A stretch of 60,350 nt of DNA from Oscillospiraceae bacterium (GTDB lineage: Bacteria; Bacillota; Clostridia; Oscillospirales; Oscillospiraceae). The notes under the pieces were generated by a model that ran no database searches, had not been told where the DNA came from, and saw nothing but the letters and a program-made list of their open reading frames with translations. Shown here one piece after another: positions 10,801 to 18,693 of this stretch. The first letter of the stretch is position 1. Every line of letters starts with the position of its first letter. The stretch covers positions 1 to 60,350 of the forward strand of contig JAZQUM010000022.1 of NCBI GenBank assembly GCA_045631305.1. The letters are read 5' to 3'. The position numbers were made by a program, and so were the translations under genes.

Positions 10801-11793
10801 GATTTCGGTAATGGCTTCTTTCTTGACGCTAAGGCCGCTGGTTTCAATATCGAAACAGACGATCTCGTCATCAAGGTCTATGTTCTTCGCGCCATGAACC
10901 GCCACTCTGTCATCCAGATTGTTGACAAAATAGCCTTCCATGCCGTAAAGGATTTTTATTTTACCCCCATTGGCGCTCCATGCATCAGGGAATGCCTGGC
11001 ACACACCGTGGTCGGTAATTGCAATGGCGGGATGACCCCACTTGGTTGCCTGCGCGATAACTTCCTTGGTGTTGGTCAGCGCATCCATGCTGGCCATCTG
11101 AGTATGAAGATGCAGCTCCACGCGCTTTTCCGCCGCCGTATCCATACGCTCGGTATGGGTAATTTTATTGATGTGATCGGGATCCAGATAGGGCTCGTTG
11201 TCGCGGTTCAGCTTTACAAGGCCCTGCACTCTTACCCACATACCGGGCTTGAGCTTATCCTGAATTTTTTCCGCATCCTTGGTCTCCATGTACTTCTTCA
11301 CAGAAACAGAACTGGTATAGTCCGTCATATCAAAGGACAAACACCAGGAACCGGGACGGCGGGTCTCATAGCATTCGTAAGCAAAGATCTTGCCTTCCAC
11401 CGCGGCACGGCGTAGCTTGGGGCTGATCTCCGTCATGGGCACGCTCTTCATCTTGATCTCAGCGCCCATGATCACATCTGCAGAACCACTCTCCCCTTTT
11501 CCGCCCTTTTCGCTTTTCTCAGCTTTGGGCGCTTCAGGAATGACCTGCGCTTCCTGCAGATGGCTTGCCACGATCTTCACCATAGAAAACCCGTAAACAT
11601 TGGCAACGGATTCCTGCAGCACCTGTACCTCAACGTCAGAAAGGGGCAGCACGGTGGTCAGTTCCAAAATGATGCTGCGCTTTTGCTGATCCATAGATGC
11701 GCCCGTAAGGTAGGCATCCTGCAGCCGCACCCGCAGTTCACGGGGCGGATCAAAATCAGCGAACATATTAAAAAATGGTATCTTCTGTGCCAT
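7801..11793 (-). CDS. polC: DNA polymerase III alpha subunit, PolC type
   Basis: 1330 aa. Contains PHP (HLHTQMS), an inserted 3'-5' exonuclease (FDIETSG...HNADFD...HRASDDA) and a polymerase core with a Zn finger CPNC...CPEC. Confidence 0.95.
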   Translation of the reverse strand: MAQKIPFFNMFADFDPPRELRVRLQDAYLTGASMDQQKRSIILELTTVLPLSDVEVQVLQESVANVYGFSMVKIVASHLQEAQVIPEAPKAEKSEKGGKGESGSADVIMGAEIKMKSVPMTEISPKLRRAAVEGKIFAYECYETRRPGSWCLSFDMTDYTSSVSVKKYMETKDAEKIQDKLKPGMWVRVQGLVKLNRDNEPYLDPDHINKITHTERMDTAAEKRVELHLHTQMASMDALTNTKEVIAQATKWGHPAIAITDHGVCQAFPDAWSANGGKIKILYGMEGYFVNNLDDRVAVHGAKNIDLDDEIVCFDIETSGLSVKKEAITEIGAVVLKNGEVKERFQTFVNPNRRLTPENIGLTGITDEMLKDAPQPKEALQAFLDFVDGRPLAAHNADFDISFIREWCEKTGLDFDPTYIDSLILAQNLLPDLGKYKLDIVAEHLELPAFNHHRASDDAATVAYMLVPFWKMLRERGINDVQSINEEMLKLRPAGSKTNRFPKHIILIAKNKMGLKNLYQLVSLSNLKYFKRVPTIPKTELIKHREGLIIGSACEAGELFHAVKDHKGWDELKRIASFYDYLEIQPICNNMFMLRDGVVSSEEELRDFNRTIVRLGEELGKPVCATGDVHFREPEDEVYRHILLASKKFADANAPLPIYFKTTDEMLEEFSYLGEEKAYEVVIKNPRDIADQVEVIELLPGGKLFPPRLENSEQELSDLVWGKVRELYGDNPNQLIVDRLNVELGGILGKYDVVYMTAQKLVQRSLECGYLVGSRGSVGSSLVAFMSGITEVNSLPPHYRCPNCKHAEFILDQSYGCGADMPDKNCPECGTKFVKEGFDIPFETFLGYGGGKVPDIDLNFSGMYQGRAHRHAIEMFGETQVFRAGTIGTLAEKTAYGFVRKYVDENEMTAGSAEINRLTLGCVGVRRTTGQHPGGLVVVPDDLDIEDFTAVQHPADDAEADTVTTHFEYHCMEDNLLKLDMLGHDDPSMIRMMEDLTGVNAREIPLDDPDTMSIFTSSKVLGFENDELLGPTGAVAIPEFNTRFTRAMLVDTQPKDFNTLVRLSGFSHGTDVWIGNARDLIISGTASVLQTVGCRDDIMLYLIAKGLDPKMSFKIMEKVRKGKVKKGGFDEGWVEAMREHDVPEWYIDSLAKIGYLFPKAHAVAYVMMAFRIAWFKVHHPLAFYATYFSIRAKAFDAEFCCAGIDAVKKKIHEIENNKDATAVEQNMLVTLEVCYEFYRRGFHFEPINIYESEAVDFKIVENGLLPPFTSVHGLGESAAFDTVEKRKGKHFISIEEFSMCCSKLSKTHIEQLKGLGAFAGMAETSQITLF

Positions 11794-11811
11794 TTTCTCT
11801 ATCCAATCTCT

Positions 11812-12849
11812 TTAGAGTTTTTCAATTTCCTTCATGAGTGCCTCTACAAGCTGCTCCTGAGGAACCTTGTAAAGGATCTTTCCCTTACGGAAGATCAAAC
11901 CTTCCTTCTCGCCGCCCGCAATACCGATGTCGGCAGCGGCAGCCTCACCGGGCCCGTTGACTACGCAGCCCATCACCGCAACGGTGATCTTCTTGTCACA
12001 ATTCGCGAGACGGCGTTCCACTTCTTCTGCAATGGGGATCATATCATACTTGGTACGTCCGCAAGTGGGACAAGATACCAGATTCACACCGCTGGAACGA
12101 ATGCCTGCAGCCTGCAGGATCTTCTTTGCAGCATAGATCTCTTCCACAGGATCTGCCGTGAGAGAAACGCGCATGGTGTCACCCACGCCTTCGCAAAGAA
12201 GGCCGCCGATGCCAATGGCGGATTTCACAAGACCCATGCCGGGCGTTCCCGCTTCCGTCACACCCAGGTGCAGGGGGAACTGGGTTTCCTTTGCAAGAAT
12301 ACGGTACGCTGCCATGTTGATAGGCACATTGGTGCTTTTTACGGAAATGCAGATATCATCATAATCAAAGCGGTGCAGCAGCTTCACATGGCCAAGGGCA
12401 CTCTCTACCAGCGCCTCGGGCGTAACGCGGCCGTATTTTGCCAACAGCTCTTTTTCAAGGGAACCGCCGTTAACGCCAATACGGATGGGAATATTGCACT
12501 TGCGGCAGGCATCCACCACTGCTTTCACTTTCTCTTCCCCGCCGATATTTCCCGGGTTAATGCGGATCTTATCCACACCGCGCTCTGCAGCTTCCACAGC
12601 AAGGCAATAGTCAAAATGGATATCCGCCACCAGCGGGATGGAGATCTGCTCCTTGATAGACGAAACAGCCTTGGCAGCTTCCATATTGGGCACCGTCACG
12701 CGGATAATTTCGCAGCCTGCTTCTTCCAAACGATGGATCTGAGCAACCGTGGCCGCCACATCTTCTGTGGCCGTGTTGCACATAGACTGGATAGAAACAG
12801 GAGCGCCGCCGCCAATGGCAACCTTCCCTACCATGATTTGCTTCGTCAT
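11812..12849 (-). CDS. ispG: 4-hydroxy-3-methylbut-2-en-1-yl diphosphate synthase
   Basis: ...IRINPGNIG...VSCPTCGRT...MGCVVNGPGE... GGGAG lies 8 nt before the ATG at 12849. Confidence 0.9.
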   Translation of the reverse strand: MTKQIMVGKVAIGGGAPVSIQSMCNTATEDVAATVAQIHRLEEAGCEIIRVTVPNMEAAKAVSSIKEQISIPLVADIHFDYCLAVEAAERGVDKIRINPGNIGGEEKVKAVVDACRKCNIPIRIGVNGGSLEKELLAKYGRVTPEALVESALGHVKLLHRFDYDDICISVKSTNVPINMAAYRILAKETQFPLHLGVTEAGTPGMGLVKSAIGIGGLLCEGVGDTMRVSLTADPVEEIYAAKKILQAAGIRSSGVNLVSCPTCGRTKYDMIPIAEEVERRLANCDKKITVAVMGCVVNGPGEAAAADIGIAGGEKEGLIFRKGKILYKVPQEQLVEALMKEIEKL

Positions 12850-12863
12850 CTTTCTCACTCCCG

Positions 12864-13922
12864 TCAAAACAGTTTCATAATGTCATTAAAGCATACCACG
12901 CCCATTAGTCCCAAAAGCAGGACAAGACCCGCGGTATGGATATAATTTTCGTACTTGGGCGGCACTTTCTTTTTAAAGAGCAGCATGGAAATACTGTTTA
13001 CCGCCAAAAACAGGATCTTACCGCCATCCAGCGCAGGCAACGGCAGCAGATTCATCACCGAAAGATTCACGGCGATCAGCGCTGCAAGGTAGGCAATGTC
13101 GCCAATGGCATCTTTCACAGTTTCTGCATTTTCTCCCACCTCTGTCATGGTGGAAACAATACCCACAGGACCGCTAAGATCATTGATGGTAGCGCCGCCT
13201 GTGAAAAGATCCACCAGACTCAGGCGAACGAGGCGCACAAAGTCCACGGCCTGATACCAGCTATAGCCGATACGGTTGAGGAAATTGGCCTCCTCATAGC
13301 CAAAATAGAAGCCGAAGCCCTGGTATTTTTCACCGCTGTAAGAAGTGACCTCTCCATATTTCAGGTCCAGATCTTCCAAAATCACCTTTTCACCGCCGCG
13401 CAGCACGGTAATATCATAAGGCTCACCGTAGCTGCGCTCCAAAAAAAGGCCAACATCACTGTAGAGGTAGATCCGCTCGCCGTTAATGGCATAGAAACGG
13501 TCGCCTTCCATAAGACTCTCTTCTCCACGGCTCTCAAACTCAGGCGCAAGACCCGAGATCACAGGACTGTAAAAAGCTGCTGCATCGGCAAAAAGCAACA
13601 GGATGATCAAAAGTCCCGTCACAAAGTTCATGCCGGCACCGGCTGCAAAAATAAAAAATTTCTGGAAAAAGTTTTTATTTTCAAGGGCCGCAGGGTCATC
13701 GCTCTCCTCTTCTTCCCCTTCCATCATGCAGTAACCGCCGATGGGAAGAAGCCGCAGGGAATACTCCGTTTCTCCCTTTGTTCTTTGGAAAAGAAGCGGT
13801 CCCATACCGATGGAAAACTCATTCACCCGCACACGGCAAGCCTTGGCCGCCAGAAAATGGCCCAATTCATGGACGGCGATCAACACGCCGAAAACCAAAA
13901 TGGCAGCCAGAATATAAACCAT
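12864..13922 (-). CDS. rseP: RIP metalloprotease RseP/YluC (M50 site-2 protease)
   Basis: HELGHF motif in TM1, a central PDZ-like segment and C-terminal NLLPLPALDGG. Confidence 0.85.
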   Translation of the reverse strand: MVYILAAILVFGVLIAVHELGHFLAAKACRVRVNEFSIGMGPLLFQRTKGETEYSLRLLPIGGYCMMEGEEEESDDPAALENKNFFQKFFIFAAGAGMNFVTGLLIILLLFADAAAFYSPVISGLAPEFESRGEESLMEGDRFYAINGERIYLYSDVGLFLERSYGEPYDITVLRGGEKVILEDLDLKYGEVTSYSGEKYQGFGFYFGYEEANFLNRIGYSWYQAVDFVRLVRLSLVDLFTGGATINDLSGPVGIVSTMTEVGENAETVKDAIGDIAYLAALIAVNLSVMNLLPLPALDGGKILFLAVNSISMLLFKKKVPPKYENYIHTAGLVLLLGLMGVVCFNDIMKLF

Positions 13923-13934
13923 AGCGAATCTCCT

Positions 13935-15083
13935 TTATTTTGCAAACCGGGCTACAGCAGCGCGTGCCAGGCGATCTGCTTCCAGTATATCCTCCAAAGT
14001 GGGATTTGATTTCATTTCCACCGCATTGAGTGTTTTTTCGATAAATTTATGGATATCGCAAAAACCAATACGGTCCTGCAGGAAGAGGGCTACCGCCGCT
14101 TCATTGGCACCGTTCATCACGGTGCAGGCAGTGCCGCCTGCTTTGGCGCATTCTTCTGCAATTCGAAGACACGGAAACGCTTCGCGATCGGGTGCGGCAA
14201 AGGTCAGCGCGCCGCAAGCCAAAAGATCCAGCGGCTCATCACAGGACTCTGCACGGGCAGGATAAGTCATGGCATAACGGATAGGCAGCTTCATGTTAGG
14301 CGTGCCCAGCTGTGCCAGCATAGCACCGTCGCGGTATTCTACCAAAGAGTGGATCACACTCTGGCGGTGGATCACCACATCCACCTGATCAAGGCCCAGT
14401 CGGTAAAGCCGCATGGCTTCAATCACTTCAAGGCCCTTATTCATAAGAGTTGCAGAGTCAATGGTGATCTTTGCGCCCATTGCCCAGTTGGGATGACGCA
14501 GCGCATCCTCACGGCGGACGGACAAAAGTTCTTCGTACTCTCTGCCAAAGAACGGTCCACCGGAACAGGTCAAAATCAAGCGCTTAAGTTCTTTCTTATC
14601 TGCCATACCCTGCAGGCACTGGTAAATAGCAGAATGCTCGCTGTCTACAGGAATGATCTCCGCGCCGTATTGATCTGCCGCGTCCATCACCATTTCGCCT
14701 GCGCATACCAGGGTTTCCTTATTGGCAAAAGCAATGCGCTTGCCCTTCTTGATAGCTGCCATAGTAGGCTGCAAACCGATCATACCCACCACTGCCGTTA
14801 CCACAGTATCGGCAGTATCCAGGGAAGCGATCTCCAAAAGGCCCTCCATACCGCTGAGCACCTGAATATCCAGGTCCGCAATGCGGCTTCGCATTTCCTT
14901 AGCCGCAGCTTCATCGTAAAGCACTACGAAGCGGGGCAGAAATTCGCGGGTCTGCTTTTCCAGAAGATCCAGGCTGGTATTGGCGCTCAGCGCCTCCACA
15001 CGAAGGCCCAGCTCCCGCGCCACTTCCAGCGTCTGCCGGCCGATAGAACCGGTAGAACCCAAAAGAACGATGGATTTTGTCAT
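13935..15083 (-). CDS. dxr: 1-deoxy-D-xylulose 5-phosphate reductoisomerase
   Basis: LGSTGSIG NADPH motif, ...ANKE...PVDSEHSAI... Confidence 0.95.
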   Translation of the reverse strand: MTKSIVLLGSTGSIGRQTLEVARELGLRVEALSANTSLDLLEKQTREFLPRFVVLYDEAAAKEMRSRIADLDIQVLSGMEGLLEIASLDTADTVVTAVVGMIGLQPTMAAIKKGKRIAFANKETLVCAGEMVMDAADQYGAEIIPVDSEHSAIYQCLQGMADKKELKRLILTCSGGPFFGREYEELLSVRREDALRHPNWAMGAKITIDSATLMNKGLEVIEAMRLYRLGLDQVDVVIHRQSVIHSLVEYRDGAMLAQLGTPNMKLPIRYAMTYPARAESCDEPLDLLACGALTFAAPDREAFPCLRIAEECAKAGGTACTVMNGANEAAVALFLQDRIGFCDIHKFIEKTLNAVEMKSNPTLEDILEADRLARAAVARFAK

Positions 15084-15092
15084 CTTAACTCC

Positions 15093-15890
15093 TTAATGCA
15101 AAAAGTTCAAAACGATCTCGATGACGGGCGCTACAAAAAGGACGCTGTCAAAGCGGTCCAGAACGCCGCCGTGTTCCAAAAAGAGTTTGCCGTAATCCTT
15201 GATACCGAATTCACGCTTGATAAGAGAGAAGCTCAGATCGCCGATCTGGGCCACCACGCTGCAAAGCACAGCCAAAATCACCATAGCGCCGATACCGATG
15301 CCGCCGCCAAACCACTTGTCCATCACCAGCACGAAGATCACACCGCCAATGATGTTGCCCACAATGCCACCCACAGAGCCTTCCACAGTTTTCTTGGGGC
15401 TTACCTTGGGCGCCAGCTTATGCTTCCCGAAAGCGCGGCCTGCGAAATAGCCGCCGGTATCGCTCATGAAGCTGAGGATAAAGGGCAGCAGCAAGTAGCC
15501 GCGGCTGATGCCGGACTGCGCCAGACGCACAAACGCTGCAAAGGAAAACGCAATGCAGATTCCTGCAAAGAGTGCTGCCATAATGCGGTTGAACTTCACT
15601 TCCCCACCCTTAAAGATGGCAAAGCAGAACCAGAAAAACACTTCAAAAGCCAGAAGCCAGGTGATATATTCCGGCAGCGCGAAATAGAAAAGCACAGCTG
15701 CCGCAGGGAAAATGCCGCTGAGAAGGACAATGCTCCCCCTCTTTTCGCCGCTCACACACCGCTGCAGTTCCACGCCTGCAATGGCTACCGCTGCAGCTAC
15801 TACCACTGTCAGCACTGCCGTAGGCGCCCACAAAATCAGCAAAAGGAGCAGCGGAACACCGACTGCAGCCACTAAAATACGACTCTTCAT
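15093..15890 (-). CDS. cdsA: Phosphatidate cytidylyltransferase
   Basis: Polytopic protein with the CDS signature SLIKREFGIKDYGKLFLEHGGVLDRFDS. ATGA overlap with uppS. Confidence 0.9.
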   Translation of the reverse strand: MKSRILVAAVGVPLLLLLILWAPTAVLTVVVAAAVAIAGVELQRCVSGEKRGSIVLLSGIFPAAAVLFYFALPEYITWLLAFEVFFWFCFAIFKGGEVKFNRIMAALFAGICIAFSFAAFVRLAQSGISRGYLLLPFILSFMSDTGGYFAGRAFGKHKLAPKVSPKKTVEGSVGGIVGNIIGGVIFVLVMDKWFGGGIGIGAMVILAVLCSVVAQIGDLSFSLIKREFGIKDYGKLFLEHGGVLDRFDSVLFVAPVIEIVLNFLH

Positions 15891-16645
15891 GCCTTGACGC
15901 CTCCAAAACGTCTGTCTCGCTTCTGATAGTCAATGATGGCCTTTTCCAGATCTTCTTCGCTGAAATCAGGCCAAAGGGTATCGCAATAATAAAACTCTGC
16001 GTAAGCACACTGCCAAAGCAGGAAATTGCTCAGCCGCAGTTCCCCGCTGGGGCGAATGATCAGCTCAGGATCAGGCACACCTGCAGAATAGAGATAAGAA
16101 CCAAACTGCTCTGCCGTAAGGCTATCGGGGTCAGCCTTCCCCTCTGCGCATTCCTTGGCAAAGGCGCGGGCAGCCTGCAAGATCTCATCGCGACCGCCAT
16201 AGTTCAGGCAGATATTGGCCTGCACGCCCTCAATATGAGCGGACATTTCATTGGTCTTGCGCACCAATTCCTGCAGCTCAGGAGAAAGGGCCGACATGTC
16301 GCCAAAGAACTTCAGTCTGATCTTGTCTTTTTCCATGGTCTCGATGGCTTCCATCATATAGGTCTTGAGAAGGCCCATGATGGTATCCACCTCTTCGCGA
16401 GGCCGCTTCCAGTTTTCGGTGGAAAAGGCGTAAACTGTGATATATTCAATTCCCAGTTTCTTGCAATGCTGCGCAATTTTGCGGAAGGTCTCCGCGCCGA
16501 CCTTATGTCCCGCAGTGCGCGGCAAGCCACGCTTTTTCGCCCAGCGGCCATTGCCGTCCATGATAATAGCGACATGGCGAGGCAGGCGATCGAAATCTAC
16601 CTGCCCCGCCTTATCGTTTTCTTTACGGAATTTAAAAAGGTCCAT
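15887..16645 (-). CDS. uppS: Isoprenyl transferase (undecaprenyl diphosphate synthase)
   Basis: HVAIIMDGNGRWA...TVYAFSTENWKRP...RTSGE-like motif. Confidence 0.95.
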   Translation of the reverse strand: MDLFKFRKENDKAGQVDFDRLPRHVAIIMDGNGRWAKKRGLPRTAGHKVGAETFRKIAQHCKKLGIEYITVYAFSTENWKRPREEVDTIMGLLKTYMMEAIETMEKDKIRLKFFGDMSALSPELQELVRKTNEMSAHIEGVQANICLNYGGRDEILQAARAFAKECAEGKADPDSLTAEQFGSYLYSAGVPDPELIIRPSGELRLSNFLLWQCAYAEFYYCDTLWPDFSEEDLEKAIIDYQKRDRRFGGVKA

Positions 16646-17190
16646 TAAACTGCCATCAGTTCGCGTTCCTTCGCGGCCAGAACGCTGTCAACTTCCTTGC
16701 ACTTATCGTCGGTGAGCTTCTGCAGCTTCTTTTCCAGATCCTTCAGATCGTCTTCAGTGATTTCGGAAGCCTTCTGCATCTTCTTGAATGCATCCATAGC
16801 ATCGCGACGGATGTTGCGGATAGCAACCTTGCCGTTTTCAGCATACTTGTGGATCTGCTTAACCAGTTCCTTACGGCGTTCTTCAGTCAGCTGGGGGAAA
16901 GAAAGACGGATGGAAGCGCCATCGTTCTGGGGATTGATGCCCAGGTCGGATTCCAGAATAGCTCTTTCGATGAGCTTCAGGCAGGACTTATCCCAAGGCT
17001 GGATCATCAGAGTGCGGGGGTCGGGAGAACCAACGGATGCCACCTGCTGAATGGGGGTGGGCACACCATAATAGTCCACACTGATACGGTCAAGAACAGC
17101 GGCGTTTGCGCGGCCTGCGCGAACTGCTGCGAAATCTGCTGCAACGGAATTGATGGACTTGTCCATCTTCTCTTCATACATCTTCAACAT
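16645..17190 (-). CDS. frr: Ribosome recycling factor
   Basis: 181 aa, ...FAAVRAGRANAAVLD...LTEERRKELVK... Confidence 0.95.
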   Translation of the reverse strand: MLKMYEEKMDKSINSVAADFAAVRAGRANAAVLDRISVDYYGVPTPIQQVASVGSPDPRTLMIQPWDKSCLKLIERAILESDLGINPQNDGASIRLSFPQLTEERRKELVKQIHKYAENGKVAIRNIRRDAMDAFKKMQKASEITEDDLKDLEKKLQKLTDDKCKEVDSVLAAKERELMAV

Positions 17191-17196
17191 AGCTGG

Positions 17197-17916
17197 TTAA
17201 GCCTCCTTCACAATAGTACCAATCTTTTCGCCCTTGATCACGCGGACGATATTATGGGGATCTTTCAGTGCAAATACGAGAACGGGGATATGATTATCCA
17301 TGGAGAGGGATGTTGCGGTGGTATCCATCACAGCCAGGTGACGGGCCAGAACATCGTCATAAGTAATGGCATCGAACTTCACGGCATCGGGATTCTTTGC
17401 GGGGTCGGAATCGTACACACCGTCGATATTCTTGGCAAGCAAGATCACATCTGCGTTGATCTCAGCTGCGCGGAGAACGGCTGCCGTATCCGTGCTGAAG
17501 AAGGGACTGCCCAGACCGCAACCGAAAATGACCACGCGGCCCTTTTCCAGATGGCGGATCGCACGGGCGCGAACGTAAGGTTCAGCCACTTCGCGGATGG
17601 TCAGTGCCGTCATAATGCGCACATCCACACCCTTCTGCTCCAGAACATCTGCCATAGCCATGCAGTTCATAGCCGTTGCCAGCATGCCCATGTGGTCGGC
17701 GCGGGTACGTTCAATGTAACCTTCGCCGTTTTTCACACCGCGCCAGAAGTTGCCGCCGCCAATGACGATGCCCACTTCCACGCCCATGGCGTTGCATTCT
17801 TTGATCACATCGGCAACCTTGCCCATAACCTCAAAATCAAGGCCAAAGTGCTTGTCGCCGGCAAGCGCTTCACCGCTGATCTTCAGCAGCACGCGCTTAA
17901 ACTGAATATCCTGCAT
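17197..17916 (-). CDS. pyrH: UMP kinase
   Basis: KRVLLKISGEAL...GGGNFWRG... GGAGG lies 9 nt before the ATG at 17916. Confidence 0.95.
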   Translation of the reverse strand: MQDIQFKRVLLKISGEALAGDKHFGLDFEVMGKVADVIKECNAMGVEVGIVIGGGNFWRGVKNGEGYIERTRADHMGMLATAMNCMAMADVLEQKGVDVRIMTALTIREVAEPYVRARAIRHLEKGRVVIFGCGLGSPFFSTDTAAVLRAAEINADVILLAKNIDGVYDSDPAKNPDAVKFDAITYDDVLARHLAVMDTTATSLSMDNHIPVLVFALKDPHNIVRVIKGEKIGTIVKEA

Positions 17917-18046
17917 CACACAATACCTCCGTATTGATTTATACAAAGTAACGCATATATTTTACCGCATTTTTCCCTTTTTGCATAGGGGGGAAAACAA
18001 ACTTTTACATCTTTTACAAATAAAAATAGAAATTGCTTTTCAGCGC

Positions 18047-18080
18047 AAAAAAAGACGGATGCGCAGCATCCGTCTTTTTC
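18047..18080 (-). terminator. Rho-independent terminator after engB
   Basis: GACGGATGC-gca-GCATCCGTC stem with a U-run on the minus-strand transcript. Confidence 0.75.
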
Positions 18081-18082
18081 CT

Positions 18083-18679
18083 TTATTCTCTTTCGCAGGC
18101 AGCCATGATGAGGGAAATAACCTGGTCCTTTCCGTCCCCTTTTTCGGCGGAGAAAGGCACCAGCGCATCTGCCTCTGTAAGCGCCAGAGTCTCATGAATG
18201 AGATCCATAGCGGGCTGGATCTGACTCTTTTTCAGCTTATCCACCTTGTTGGCCACCACAATCATGGGGCAGCCCATAGCACGGAAAAACTCGCGCATGG
18301 TGCAGTCATCTGCGGTGGGCTTGTGGCGGGCATCCACAATGAGAACACCAAGAGTGATGAGGCCGGGAGAATGGAAATAAGATTCCATCAGCTTGCCCCA
18401 GCGGTCTCTCTCCGCCTTGCTCACCTTTGCATAACCGTAACCGGGCAGGTCAACGAGATAGAGCTTGGAGTCGATCTTGAAATAATTGATCTGGGTGGTC
18501 TTACCGGGAGAGGCGCCCACACGGGCAAAATTCTTGCGGTTCAACAAGCGGTTGATGCAGGAGGATTTACCCACATTGGAGCGGCCCGCAAAGGCCATCT
18601 GCGGCAGTCCATCGCGGACAAACTGCCTCGGCTCGGTGGCCGAGAGGATAAACTCCGCTTTATTAAAATTTACTGCCAT
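18083..18679 (-). CDS. engB: Ribosome biogenesis GTP-binding protein YsxC/EngB
   Basis: AFAGRSNVGKSSCIN...DLPGYGYA...NKVDK. Confidence 0.9.
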   Translation of the reverse strand: MAVNFNKAEFILSATEPRQFVRDGLPQMAFAGRSNVGKSSCINRLLNRKNFARVGASPGKTTQINYFKIDSKLYLVDLPGYGYAKVSKAERDRWGKLMESYFHSPGLITLGVLIVDARHKPTADDCTMREFFRAMGCPMIVVANKVDKLKKSQIQPAMDLIHETLALTEADALVPFSAEKGDGKDQVISLIMAACERE

Positions 18680-18693
18680 AGTTCTCCCTCACT

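Noticed and set aside
7801-11793. PolC being truncated or a pseudogene because it is about 100 aa shorter than Bacillus PolC
   Set aside because: It is a single uninterrupted ORF with PHP, exonuclease, Zn finger and polymerase segments in order. The shortfall is confined to the poorly conserved N-terminal domain.
14049-15875. 608-aa plus-strand ORF
   Set aside because: It is antisense to dxr and cdsA, both of which have unmistakable motifs. The product is His/Gln/Ala-rich nonsense.
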